Assembly (NCBI GenBank): GCA_025408405.1
Contig: JANYJE010000015.1
Span: 1,573 to 65,572 of the forward strand
Reading direction: 5' to 3'
Origin: Nitrosomonadales bacterium
Lineage (GTDB): Bacteria > Pseudomonadota > Gammaproteobacteria > Burkholderiales > Gallionellaceae
Length of the DNA: 64,000 nucleotides
Part shown: positions 24,474 to 34,291 of the stretch, piece after piece
How positions within the stretch are numbered: the stretch's first letter is position 1
Layout of the letters: the number at the start of each line of letters is the position of its first letter
Notes under the pieces: generated by a model
Told to the model about the DNA's origin: nothing
Seen by the model: the letters and a program-made list of their open reading frames with translations, nothing else
Databases searched by the model: none
Translations under genes and position numbers: made by a program

Positions 24474-25496
24474 CTATGCCGACGCGGCTTGCGCTTGCTG
24501 CCGGTCCTTGATTTCCTTGATGAGGCCAGCCTGTTGATCGCGACGCTTCATATCTTCAGGATCGACCTTGCTCAGCACCTCCTGTTTAAGGCGCTGGTTC
24601 TCGGCATCGAACTGCTTGATCTCTGCGCCAGTAAATGTTTTTGTTTCGCCCACTTTGGTCTGGAAACGTTTGTAACCGAGTGCGTCCAGCACATCGCCGG
24701 CGACCAGTTCGAAGGTACGGATATCTTCTTCGCTCATTTCGCGCAGGAATTTATTGCTGTTGTCCGCCATCACCGGCTTCACCACATTACTCCATAGCTC
24801 GCTGGAACTGGCGGCGCGTTTGGCCTCGTCAGACTCGTTAAATTGCAGCATGGAGTCGTTGTATGTTGCTCCGAGGAAATCGCACAGGCCGCGCATTGCC
24901 TTTTCTGGAGACCCGGTGAGGGTTTCATAACTCAGATTGTAAAAACGCTGCGGATCGATATGCTTGCGGCTCTCCAATGCGATGCGCTGCGTGGCGCCCC
25001 ATTCTTTGGCGATATGGTAGGGATGCTTCTCACCCACCACCGCCTTGCGGAATGACACCGCGACATCGCGCCCGTCGCGGTAGAGATAGATGTAACGCGC
25101 TGCGTCGCCGTAATAGGCCTCGAGTTCATTCAGGTAGTTGATGTTGGCCAGACTCTTGCAACACCAGGTGCCAGCCTTGCCCAGTTCGGCCATGACATCG
25201 TATACCGCACCGAACACCGCCACCACCGAGTGATTGCGGCAACGCGCTGCCACATCCTTGCGCTCAAGCTTCACGCCCTCCCAGGGAACCGGGTTGAGTT
25301 CAACCAGCCTGCAGACATCGTCCACCAGCAGCTTGAAGTTTTTGTCTTTGGAGAGGTCACCGTAGCCTTTCTCCAGCGGCATCATGCGCTGCAGAATATG
25401 CGGCGGGTGCGGAGCGGCAATTTCTGGCAGCTGGTTCAACATCAGACGCAGCAAATTTGAACCCGAGCGTTGCGTACCTATCATGAGTATCGGCAT
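24474..25496 (-). CDS. PAPS-dependent sulfotransferase family protein
   Basis: MPILMIGTQRSGSNLL is a 5'-PSB loop-like motif, and later YLYRDGRDVAVS resembles a 3'-PB region. An AAGGGA SD lies 6 nt before the ATG at 25496; the track start at 25541 is also possible. Confidence 0.75.
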   Translation of the reverse strand: MPILMIGTQRSGSNLLRLMLNQLPEIAAPHPPHILQRMMPLEKGYGDLSKDKNFKLLVDDVCRLVELNPVPWEGVKLERKDVAARCRNHSVVAVFGAVYDVMAELGKAGTWCCKSLANINYLNELEAYYGDAARYIYLYRDGRDVAVSFRKAVVGEKHPYHIAKEWGATQRIALESRKHIDPQRFYNLSYETLTGSPEKAMRGLCDFLGATYNDSMLQFNESDEAKRAASSSELWSNVVKPVMADNSNKFLREMSEEDIRTFELVAGDVLDALGYKRFQTKVGETKTFTGAEIKQFDAENQRLKQEVLSKVDPEDMKRRDQQAGLIKEIKDRQQAQAASA

Positions 25497-25577
25497 ATTT
25501 TTCCCTTGTTTAATAAAGACTTGCGTCTCCAGATTTTTCACTACAGCTAACGCTAGCAGGCAATTCTTAATGCAGCC

Positions 25578-26750
25578 TTAATACAATATCAATCCAATCA
25601 GTCCTGCAGTCGGTATGACCCACACCACATCAATTTTGAATTTCAATTGCGCCAGCAATGCGGCTGCAAAAATAAGCAGCGATACCCAATGATGTTGCGC
25701 CGTCATCCCCACGGTGATGACCGCAGAAATGATCATGCCTATGACCGCGGGGCGTATGCCGCGCAGCACGGCCTTGATCAGCGCAGACTGCTTGATGCGA
25801 TTCAATACATGCGTCGCGATGATCATCAGGATGCCGGCCGGCAAAAAGATGCCAATGGTCGCAGCCAGCGCGCCTAAAAAGCCGGCCACCTTGTAGCCGA
25901 TAAAAACCGTACTCAGGACAATAGGCCCAGGCATGATCTGACTCATGGCGATAGCGTCGACAAATTCCTGTTGCGTCAGCCAGCCATTGCTCTCTACTAC
26001 AGTATGTTGAATGAGGGGAATAAACACATACCCGCCGCCAAACAGGAACAGGCTCATCCCTCCGAAAGTCATTAACAGCTTGAGCTGCATGGTCGCGTTA
26101 ACGCTCCAGAAGGGAACCGTAAGCGCCAATGGTGCAGCAGCAACGCTATGCAACCGACTTTGACTTTTCGCTTCGCCATCAGGTTTACTGCTGCCGGCAG
26201 CTGGCTTCTCCCGGAATATCAGCCAGCCAACCACACCCGAGATGGCGATGATGGACAGCGAAACGGCGAAGCTGCTGTGCCATACCATCAATGCTGCGGC
26301 AATCAGGGATATCAAGGCCTCATAAACTCCTTTTATCGTCTTGCGCCCCATGTTCCATGCAGCAACAAGAATAATTGCCGTAACAGCTGGAATGAACCCC
26401 ATGAACAACTTGCTCACTACCGGGATTTGCCCCCAGGTGAGATAGGCCGCACTCAATGCCAGCATCAGCAAAAAAGATGGCAGGATCACGCCGATAGTGC
26501 AGACCAGCGCACCCGGCGTACCGCGCAAACGATGGCCAACGTAAGCGATCGTGTTCACTGCTACCGGCCCGGGCAACACGGTTGCCAGAGATACACCATC
26601 CAGCATTTCTTCGTGCGTGAGCCATTTCCGGCGCTCTACCACGTTGCTCTCAACCACAGAGATCAAGGCCATAAACCCGCCAAAGGCGGTGCTGCCTATA
26701 CGCAGAAAAAGGGTAAACAACGTCCACAGTGAAACTCGCCCGGTATTCAA
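25578..26750 (-). CDS. chrA: CHR-family (chromate ion transporter ChrA-like) bidomain membrane protein
   Basis: 390 aa made of two homologous halves. Each half carries the GGxxA/ALI...LPGP signature (FGGFMALISV...VLPGPVAVN and FGGGYVFIPL...IMPGPIVLS). Confidence 0.8.
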   Translation of the reverse strand: MNTGRVSLWTLFTLFLRIGSTAFGGFMALISVVESNVVERRKWLTHEEMLDGVSLATVLPGPVAVNTIAYVGHRLRGTPGALVCTIGVILPSFLLMLALSAAYLTWGQIPVVSKLFMGFIPAVTAIILVAAWNMGRKTIKGVYEALISLIAAALMVWHSSFAVSLSIIAISGVVGWLIFREKPAAGSSKPDGEAKSQSRLHSVAAAPLALTVPFWSVNATMQLKLLMTFGGMSLFLFGGGYVFIPLIQHTVVESNGWLTQQEFVDAIAMSQIMPGPIVLSTVFIGYKVAGFLGALAATIGIFLPAGILMIIATHVLNRIKQSALIKAVLRGIRPAVIGMIISAVITVGMTAQHHWVSLLIFAAALLAQLKFKIDVVWVIPTAGLIGLILY

Positions 26751-27128
26751 TATCGTCTCCTACATGCATTAGCAACAAACAAGCCGCTCACCAACACGAC
26801 AGAATGAATTCACTACAATCAACACTTGCCAGAAGCGTGCCGGGTTCGCTGCCAACAGCTCAACCCGTTTATTTACAGATTCAGAGCAACACCAATAAGC
26901 ATTTGGCAACTTCAGCAAAGTGCTGCTGAAACCGGCCATCACCAGAAATTCCGGGGAGCATATCTTTCCTGTGCTCGCGCATATTCGGGCAGGTACGCTG
27001 GCTCGCATGCATCATAAAGCAATCGCCCCAAGCTCTCAATAAATCGTCTGCATCCTGCGTTGCTCGCGCTTGCAGAGGGCATCGGGCGCTACCTTCATCT
27101 GCAATGACAACCATAAGGTTCAGCGCGA

Positions 27129-27166
27129 ATCACAACAACAAAGGCTCCCGCAGGAGCCTTTGTGAT
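27129..27166 (-). terminator. rho-independent terminator after the peroxiredoxin gene
   Basis: The minus strand reads AAAGGCTCC-TGCG-GGAGCCTTT followed by GTTGTTGTG. The hairpin core is identical to the one at 24431-24451. Confidence 0.7.
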
Positions 27167-27180
27167 CGCAACAACGCCGC

Positions 27181-27783
27181 TTACAGTTCTTTGGCGTGAG
27201 CAGCCAGATACTTGGCCACGCCCTCGGTCGAGGCGCCCATGCCTGCCTTGCCTTTGCTCCAGCCGGCCGGACAAACTTCGCCGTACTCTTCGGTGAATTG
27301 CAGCGCGTCTATCATGCGCAGCATTTCGTCGATGTTGCGGCCCAGCGGCAGGTCGTTCACCACCTGGTGACGCACCACGCCGGCGCGGTCGATCAGGAAA
27401 GAGCCACGGTAAGCCACTCCACCCTCGGCCTCCACGTCATAGGCCTTGCAGATTTCGTGCTTGATGTCGGCCACCAGCGGGTAGCCCACCTTGCCGATGC
27501 CACCGTTGTTGACCGGCGTGTTTTTCCAGGCCAGGTGGGTGAACTGCGAGTCGATGGATACACCGATCACTTCCACGTTGCGCTTCTTGAAATCTTCCAG
27601 GCGATGATCAAAGGCGATCAGCTCGGACGGACACACGAAAGTGAAATCCAGGGGATAGAAAAAGATCACGGCATATTTGCCGGACATGTGTTTTTTCAGG
27701 TTGAATGTTTCATTGATATCGTTGTTACCCATTACGGCAACAGCATTGAAATCGGGGGCGGCTTTGCCGACTAGAACTGCCAT
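27181..27783 (-). CDS. typical 2-Cys peroxiredoxin (AhpC/Prx1 subfamily)
   Basis: 200 aa. The peroxidatic Cys sits in FYPLDFTFVCPSE and the resolving Cys in GEVCPAGW. Confidence 0.9.
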   Translation of the reverse strand: MAVLVGKAAPDFNAVAVMGNNDINETFNLKKHMSGKYAVIFFYPLDFTFVCPSELIAFDHRLEDFKKRNVEVIGVSIDSQFTHLAWKNTPVNNGGIGKVGYPLVADIKHEICKAYDVEAEGGVAYRGSFLIDRAGVVRHQVVNDLPLGRNIDEMLRMIDALQFTEEYGEVCPAGWSKGKAGMGASTEGVAKYLAAHAKEL

Positions 27784-27876
27784 GATTTTCTCCTATGGTT
27801 GACTGAAACACTAAGTTTTGTAATTTAGCCATGGGCAGCGCTCGTGTCAACCCGTTTCACCTAAAAACGGCAGTGC

Positions 27877-27990
27877 CAGCCACAGAGAGCAAATGAAGCC
27901 GCCGCTTGCAGTGACTCACCCAATGCAGCAAAAGTAACAAGCTTTGGGTGCCGCGCTTGCTCTGTGTTGTCTGTGGCTGAATGCTTTTTC
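27877..27990. terminator. nested hairpin structure between the chp operon end and the peroxiredoxin gene (probable bidirectional terminator)
   Basis: The outer arms are CAGCCACAGAGAGCAA and TTGCTCTGTG..TGTGGCTG. The inner hairpin is CTCACCCAA-N18-CTTTGGGTG. A T-run (GCTTTTTCC) follows on the + strand, and GGCACTGCCGTTTTT follows on the - strand. Confidence 0.4.
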
Positions 27991-28030
27991 CAGGCTTAAC
28001 GTGGATCTCGCGTAGCGGTCATGACGTGCA

Positions 28031-28474
28031 TCACTGACGCAGCGTGCTGCTAAAAAGGTGTCTTAAATTCAGCACCGGTATCGGCGTGCCGTGAAGCTCA
28101 AAACAGGAAACCGCCCACTCCCGCCAGGCGCTGCTCTCGGCCGGCAATGCGCAAGCCTGCTCGTCGCTCACCGCCAGTTGCCGCGGGGGAGACGCCAGCA
28201 TCAGCGCGCCAAATTGCGGGTATTCGCCGCGCAGCTTTTGGTACCCGACCACGGCAAGAAAGGGTGCGTCATGAGGTGCAGCCCCCAATCTCGCGGCCAT
28301 ATCCATGACCGGCAACAGGCGCTCTTGCCACAACACCACGCGGCGGCAATACTCGGGGGTGCACGGCACGGCAAAGGTTGCGGGCGCATCTACCAGATGC
28401 AGCAACTCGCGCGTCCCCACCGCCGCTCGGCAGGAATCGCCGAAATCCAACAACCAGGCATTCATCCGTGACAT
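28031..28474 (-). CDS. CheW-like domain protein
   Basis: 147 aa with a CheW-like core (FAVPCTPEYCRRVVLWQERLLPVMDMAARLG). It is the last gene of the chp operon. Confidence 0.65.
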   Translation of the reverse strand: MSRMNAWLLDFGDSCRAAVGTRELLHLVDAPATFAVPCTPEYCRRVVLWQERLLPVMDMAARLGAAPHDAPFLAVVGYQKLRGEYPQFGALMLASPPRQLAVSDEQACALPAESSAWREWAVSCFELHGTPIPVLNLRHLFSSTLRQ

Positions 28475-28491
28475 CGCGATTCCCTATTCAA

Positions 28492-28962
28492 CTACGCCTT
28501 GTGTATCCGGTGTTCAACGTAAGCCGCCAGCTGGTTTGCGTTGCTGACACACAACAGCCCCTGCTGATTGGCGAACAGTCCCTGAATCGGCGTATGCGCT
28601 GTCTTCATGGCCAAGGGGATCTCATAGAGTTGCCCCGTGACCTGCTTCATGATGCTCACGTCATCGCACAGCACGCCGATATATCCGGCTTCCACAGCCA
28701 GCAGTGCGCAAGTGCGACGTGAAGAAGGCAGCGTGGCCTGCAATTCAAGCTGCTCGGACAGGCAGTAAACCGGCCAGCGCTGCCGCATGTAACTGATCCA
28801 GCCGACACTCTTTTCCCCGGGATCAGTAGCATCCACATCGGAGGCCGATTCCAGTGTGCGAATTTCACTCTGCGGGAACATTAAATCCAGGCCATTGATT
28901 TTCAGCACGGCGGCAGAGGCATTCATGCCAGCTCCAGCCAGTGCAGGTCGCGTCATGCTCAT
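28492..28962 (-). CDS. CheW-like domain protein (ChpC-like position)
   Basis: 156 aa with a CheW-like fold pattern. Its ATGA start overlaps the chpA stop. Confidence 0.65.
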   Translation of the reverse strand: MSMTRPALAGAGMNASAAVLKINGLDLMFPQSEIRTLESASDVDATDPGEKSVGWISYMRQRWPVYCLSEQLELQATLPSSRRTCALLAVEAGYIGVLCDDVSIMKQVTGQLYEIPLAMKTAHTPIQGLFANQQGLLCVSNANQLAAYVEHRIHKA

Positions 28963-31900
28963 CTGCGAACCAGGCGCTCAACGTGCTCAATCAGCTCGTC
29001 ATCGCTAAACGGCTTGGTGAGATAAACATCCACGCCGGCACCCTTGCCCATCTGGCGATGTTTCTCGGTTGAGCGGGAAGTAATCATAATTACCGGCACA
29101 TTTTTGGTACGCTCCGAATCGCGCACATGCGCTGTCAGCTCGATGCCGTTCATGCGCGGCATTTCCATGTCCACCAGCATCACGCTGGGCACGAAACTCT
29201 GCAGCATGCTCACCGCGTCCAGACCATCTATTGCCGTACGCACCTTGTAACCCGCATCCTGCATCACTTTGGACGCTGCCCGCCGGGCGCTGAGCGAATC
29301 GTCCACTATCAGCGCGGTAAGCGCGCCAGCCTCTTCGCCAGCCCCTGCTAGCGCATGATCGCTGGCTGACCGCAGCTTTCTGTGTTGCATTGGCGTGCGC
29401 AGCAATTCCACCAGGTCGATTACCGGAGCCACGCTGCCGTCACCCAGGATAACCGCACCCACCGTTCCCTGGATTTTCGGCACATAACGCCCGAAGTTTT
29501 TCAGCACCACTTCACGGCCGTTGACCACTTCCTGCACCAGCACGCCCTTGGTTGCACCACTGTCTGTGCGGGTAAGCAACACGGGGAAGCCAAGACGCTC
29601 TTCCTCGCGCCTGTCGCTGGGCAGATCCAGCAAGGTTCCCAGTCTGACCAGGGTATGCACTGTATCGCCCACACGGTAAACCTGCTGGTTTCCAACCTGC
29701 TCAATCTGGTCGACGGTAATGTAGTGGATATCTTCCACGCCATGGCTGGACACCGCGATCAGCTTGTCGCGATGCCGCACCACCAGCGTATGGGCAGACA
29801 GCAAGGTAGCAGGCAGGCGCAGCTCAACCATCAAGCCCGCACCTCGCTCCGAATTCAGCGCCAGTGTTCCCTTCATGTCCAGAACCCGGCTGTACACCAC
29901 ATCCATGCCTACACCGCGTCCCGATACCTGCGTCGTGTCATGCCGCGTGGAAAAACCGTTCACCAGAATCAGGCGTGCAAGCTCGTCGGGCGATGGCTCT
30001 TGCTCCGGCTCAAGCATGCCCTTGCCTTCTGCAATGCGCCTGATCGCGGCGTAGTCGAGCCCCGCGCCATCGTCTTTGCAACTCACCACGATGGTGTTGC
30101 CCTCGCGCGCAAAACTCAGCTCGATAGTGCCCGCCGCCGGTTTACCCGCCGCCGTGCGTGTTGCAGGCGCCTCAATGCCGTGGTCGACGGCATTGCGCAA
30201 CACGTGCATCAGCGGATCCATCAGTTCATTCAGCACATTGCTGTCGATACTGGTGTTGTCGCCCTTGATTTCCAGCGTCACCTGTTTATCCAGCAATCTG
30301 CAGGTTTGCCGCACGCTGCGCTGCAAACGCGATATCACGCTGGAAACAGGAACCAGACGCGTGCGGATCACCGCATGCTGGCTGTCCATATGCAAACGCT
30401 GCTGCACTTCCAGCAACTCCCCCAGCGTGCTCAGCTGCTCATTCACTTGCTTCTGCATTTGCTGCGCGTCGTTAGCGGCTTCGACCAGACGCCGTGTCAC
30501 GGTATGCAGTTCGCTGAAGTGTTCGAACTCCAGCGGATCGAAATCTTCCTTGCCACGCGCGTCCTGTTCCGGCGCCGCCACTCCGCGCACATCAACCAGA
30601 TGCTCCAGCTCGGCCACCAGCTGCTGGAATGACTGCAGCTGCTGCTTGATGCCATCAGCCTGCTGCGAGGTGAGCCGCAAGCGTTCCTGTATCTGCGAAT
30701 TGGAAATCAGCGTTTCGCCTGCCAGGCGCAGCATCTCATCCACCACGGGCGCCGGCACACGCAGCATATTTGCCTGCGGTGCAACAGGCTCCTGCTTATC
30801 CTGCTCCTGCCTGGCCTGCGGCGCTACCGCCTCGCGCTGCACGCCCGTCATGGCAGAAGCCATGACGACGGAGACGCCTTCACGGTCTATGCGGTTGGCA
30901 TAGTCCAGCACCTCCTGCAGCACCTCTTGTGCCTGCGCGGGTGCCGGCCCCACCCCCATCAACGCCTCACTCATCGCCTCCAGACAATCACCGGCATGGG
31001 TGAGGATGTTTGCCAGCGCGCGATCCGGCATGGCATCGGCTTCAGACAGCGCAACCAGAATGTCTTCAACGTTATGGGTCAGATTGGCAATGCCGCGCAC
31101 GCCCACCGTGTTGGCCGCACCCTTGAGGGTGTGGGCGGCGCGCATGGCACGCTCCACATCCTTGCTGTCGCCCTGCCCGCCCGCCAGGCGCTCGATCGCA
31201 ACGGTAAACGCGCTGGTTTGCACGGGTAATTCCTGCAGCAAGCCATCCAGCAATTCCGCATGGATATCGTCGGGAAGCGCCAGCGCAACGTCCGCGGCAC
31301 TGGCGAAAGCCTGGCGTTGCGGTTTCTGTTCTGCGCTCTCAACGATCTCCACATTGGCGAGAGACTGCACCCACATCTGTGCGGCATCCGCTGCAACCGG
31401 TGTATGCCATGCCGCAGCAGTCAGCAAGTCGATCAGGGCGGCACCCGCGACTTCATCTGCGGGCGACGCCAGATAGGCCGAAACACGAGCGGGCAATTGT
31501 TCCAGCAGTGCCAGCAGATCGGGAGCAATCTCTGCAGCATGGGTTTCTGCAGTCATGGCAGGCAGCATGTAAACCAGACGCGCGAATAGCGCACCCAGCG
31601 CCGTCAATTCTATCGATTCGGCCGCCGCAGCAAGCCGCCCCAGCAGTTCCGCATAGTTGTCCAGCGCCACCCGCCTGTCGTCTGCACTAAACCGCGCAGC
31701 GACAACAGCCAGCAGATCTTCGTCGAGCTGCTTGGTCATCTGGGTAAATTCTTTACTCAGCATGGACAGCATTTCACCATCCACTTGCTGCACAGCTGGC
31801 GGCGGCAACGGCCAGTCTGCCGCTGCTGCGTCAGCGGCTATCCGGGGCGGCTCGGCAGCTGTCACGGCGGGAATTTCAAACAGCATGTGGCGCAATATTG

Positions 31901-32306
31901 CCGCGTCATCCGCACTCAATTGCAACGGCCAGTCTGCCAGCGCAAGATGGCGTACCAATGCTTCGCCGGCATTGCTGTCTCCCTGGCTCATTACGTAGCC
32001 CAACAGCAGCTCCGGCAATAGCGAGAGCAAATCAACTTCCACTTGCGTAAGCGCCCGATCTTCGCGATCAATGACCAGCAGATTGGCTTCAATCATGGCG
32101 CAGGCAGAGTGCAAGCCGACCAGTCTGTTGCTGTCCGCAGCCTCGCTTAATTTGCGCATCAGATCTATGTAACGATGCAATATGCGCTCGGCCGCACTCG
32201 CCTCTTCTGTTGCAGGGGAGTCGTCAAGCATCACGCTCCACAGCTCATCCAAGGCCTCGGCTGCCACCAGACTGAATTGCGCCAGGTTTTCCTCAAGCAT
32301 ATGCAC
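28959..32306 (-). CDS. chpA: hybrid CheA-type histidine kinase of the Pil-Chp system (ChpA/PilL)
   Basis: 1115 aa. It has a canonical Hpt (AHTLKGAANTVG) after a long Ala-rich region with Hpt-like repeats. The HATPase reads DDGAGLD and GRGVGMDVV. A CheW-like domain follows, then a C-terminal receiver (LIVDDS...LVDMEMP...ITSRS...LTKPF). Confidence 0.9.
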   Translation of the reverse strand: MHMLEENLAQFSLVAAEALDELWSVMLDDSPATEEASAAERILHRYIDLMRKLSEAADSNRLVGLHSACAMIEANLLVIDREDRALTQVEVDLLSLLPELLLGYVMSQGDSNAGEALVRHLALADWPLQLSADDAAILRHMLFEIPAVTAAEPPRIAADAAAADWPLPPPAVQQVDGEMLSMLSKEFTQMTKQLDEDLLAVVAARFSADDRRVALDNYAELLGRLAAAAESIELTALGALFARLVYMLPAMTAETHAAEIAPDLLALLEQLPARVSAYLASPADEVAGAALIDLLTAAAWHTPVAADAAQMWVQSLANVEIVESAEQKPQRQAFASAADVALALPDDIHAELLDGLLQELPVQTSAFTVAIERLAGGQGDSKDVERAMRAAHTLKGAANTVGVRGIANLTHNVEDILVALSEADAMPDRALANILTHAGDCLEAMSEALMGVGPAPAQAQEVLQEVLDYANRIDREGVSVVMASAMTGVQREAVAPQARQEQDKQEPVAPQANMLRVPAPVVDEMLRLAGETLISNSQIQERLRLTSQQADGIKQQLQSFQQLVAELEHLVDVRGVAAPEQDARGKEDFDPLEFEHFSELHTVTRRLVEAANDAQQMQKQVNEQLSTLGELLEVQQRLHMDSQHAVIRTRLVPVSSVISRLQRSVRQTCRLLDKQVTLEIKGDNTSIDSNVLNELMDPLMHVLRNAVDHGIEAPATRTAAGKPAAGTIELSFAREGNTIVVSCKDDGAGLDYAAIRRIAEGKGMLEPEQEPSPDELARLILVNGFSTRHDTTQVSGRGVGMDVVYSRVLDMKGTLALNSERGAGLMVELRLPATLLSAHTLVVRHRDKLIAVSSHGVEDIHYITVDQIEQVGNQQVYRVGDTVHTLVRLGTLLDLPSDRREEERLGFPVLLTRTDSGATKGVLVQEVVNGREVVLKNFGRYVPKIQGTVGAVILGDGSVAPVIDLVELLRTPMQHRKLRSASDHALAGAGEEAGALTALIVDDSLSARRAASKVMQDAGYKVRTAIDGLDAVSMLQSFVPSVMLVDMEMPRMNGIELTAHVRDSERTKNVPVIMITSRSTEKHRQMGKGAGVDVYLTKPFSDDELIEHVERLVRR

Positions 32307-32331
32307 GATATCCCGGGTTGATCAAAGCGCC

Positions 32332-34137
32332 TCAGACGGGCAACTTGAACACACGCACAGCAGCCAGAAGTTGCTTGGCATAATCCAGCAGATTGGAAGT
32401 CTCTGCGGCCTGTTCATGCAGCTGATCCGTTGCCTGCTGGCTACTTCTCTTGATCTGAACCGCATTATCCAGCAGCACCTGTCCGGCCTTGGCCTGATTT
32501 TCGGAGGTATTGGCAATCTGTTTTACAGAATCCACCAGCTCGGAGGTATTCTGCTGCGTGAGCTGCATCTGCTGCCCGGCTTGCTCGGCAAGGCGGCTGC
32601 CTTCCACAATCTGCGTAATGGCGCTATTCATCGTGCTCACCGCGTCCGCAGTTTCCAGCTGGATATTGCTTACCAGCGCGGAAATCTGTTGTGTGGCCTG
32701 GCGCGCGTTTTCAGCCAGCCGCTGCACCTCGTCCGCCACCACCGCAAACCCGCGTCCCGCTTCACCCGCAGAAGCGGCGTGCATACTGGCGTTCAAGGCC
32801 AGAATGTGGGTACGTTCCGCGATCACGTTAATCAGGTTCACTACGCCTGAAATTTCCTGTGAGCGCTCACCCAGTCGCTTGATCCGCTTTTCCGTTTCGC
32901 GAATAACGTCGCGCGCACTGTTAATCCCGCTCACCGTACTGTTCACGGTATTCAGCGCCTGTTGCGTTGACCTGATCGCGTTATCTGCCACGGCGTTACA
33001 TGCCTGCGCCATATCCGCAATGGAACGCATGGACTGCGCCGCAGACACTAGCGATTCCGCCGTGCGATCCACTTCTTCGCGTTCTTGCTCTGCCGCTGCC
33101 AGCAGCGTATTGGCCTTGGCCTGCACCATCATGGAAGCCTTGGTAACGTCCGCCGAAATATTGTTCACGTCTACCATCACCTTCGCCGTTTCGCTGGTGA
33201 GCAGGTTAAGCGCGTCGGCGACCGCACCGGTAACGTTCTCGTTCACCGGCACGTGGACGGTCAAGTCTTTTCTGGACAGCTGCGCCACCGCTTTCAGCAA
33301 GGTCAGCACCGACTCGTTGAGCTCGTCGCTTTCCTTCTGGATCGCCGCTTGCACCGTTTGGCGCTCGTCCATCATGCGGTCAAACTGGCTTGCCAACTGC
33401 CCCAGCTCGTCGCGGGTTTGCAGTTTTACCCGGGCATTGATATCACCCAAGGCAATCTTGGAGATGGTGCCTTGCAGCCTGCCGAGAGAATTCGAAATGG
33501 CGCGAATAATCGTCCATGCCAGAAAACCGCTGATCAGAGACAGCGCGACGACAAGTGCAATAGACAAGAGTTGCGCGCGCGAACTGGCAGCCGCCACTGC
33601 CGCAGTGTTCTGTTCCTGAAGCTGGAGGTTGTAACTGCGGATATTGTCAATATCTATTTTAATGGGTTCATTCAGCAGGCTGACCGGACCCAGCGCCTGG
33701 CGTACGGCTTCAGTCATTTTCCCGGCCTGCAAGGCTGCAATCAGGGGCTCATTTCCGTCTTTCGCATAGGTGGCGCGGTGCGTCTTCCACAACTCTAACA
33801 GTGCGCGCTGTTTGGCATCCTGCAGGGTGGCCTCATATTTCTTCGACAGCTCCGTAATCTCGGCACGGTGTTTCAGAAATTCCTCAATGCGCGCCGCCGC
33901 ATGCGCCTGGTCACCACTTATCGCCGCATCCAGCAAAATAACGCGGTTACGCGCCATCAGGTAGTTAATTTGGTCGAAGGATTGCACGTTATCGATGGTT
34001 TGCTGCATATCGGCATGCAGGCGCTCAAATGCGCGAGTACTGCTGCTGGTAGCATAGATGATAGTGCCCAGCATCAGCAGGGAAATGGTACTCACCAGAA
34101 AAATCAGGCGGGTTACGATTGGTATGTTCTTAAACAT
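32332..34137 (-). CDS. pilJ: methyl-accepting chemotaxis protein (PilJ-like)
   Basis: 601 aa. It has two TM helices flanking a ~170-aa periplasmic domain, then a HAMP domain. The conserved signalling hairpin reads RTHILALNASMHAASAGEAGRGFAVVADEVQRLAE. Confidence 0.85.
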   Translation of the reverse strand: MFKNIPIVTRLIFLVSTISLLMLGTIIYATSSSTRAFERLHADMQQTIDNVQSFDQINYLMARNRVILLDAAISGDQAHAAARIEEFLKHRAEITELSKKYEATLQDAKQRALLELWKTHRATYAKDGNEPLIAALQAGKMTEAVRQALGPVSLLNEPIKIDIDNIRSYNLQLQEQNTAAVAAASSRAQLLSIALVVALSLISGFLAWTIIRAISNSLGRLQGTISKIALGDINARVKLQTRDELGQLASQFDRMMDERQTVQAAIQKESDELNESVLTLLKAVAQLSRKDLTVHVPVNENVTGAVADALNLLTSETAKVMVDVNNISADVTKASMMVQAKANTLLAAAEQEREEVDRTAESLVSAAQSMRSIADMAQACNAVADNAIRSTQQALNTVNSTVSGINSARDVIRETEKRIKRLGERSQEISGVVNLINVIAERTHILALNASMHAASAGEAGRGFAVVADEVQRLAENARQATQQISALVSNIQLETADAVSTMNSAITQIVEGSRLAEQAGQQMQLTQQNTSELVDSVKQIANTSENQAKAGQVLLDNAVQIKRSSQQATDQLHEQAAETSNLLDYAKQLLAAVRVFKLPV

Positions 34138-34291
34138 TTTTACCCCTCTTTCAATGCACTTCTAAAAATGCGACTTAATTTCGCCATAGTATTAATGCTG
34201 CACAACTCTTCATGAAATCCGGCCGCTTAAGGTCAAGACCCGATTCCGTGCCCACTCCAGGCTGCACCTCGCAGCAAATCTTTTGTCCCTA

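Noticed and set aside
26881-27114. 77-aa minus-strand ORF between chrA and the peroxiredoxin terminator
   Set aside because: It has no SD and no recognisable motif, and it overlaps three other equally poor ORFs in an AT-rich gap. I kept the region only as a non-coding observation.
29382-30632. 416-aa + strand ORF inside chpA; others at 30076-30903, 32510-33619, and 33085-33798 inside chpA/pilJ
   Set aside because: These are antisense or alternative frames of confidently identified chemosensory genes. They have no SD and no motifs.
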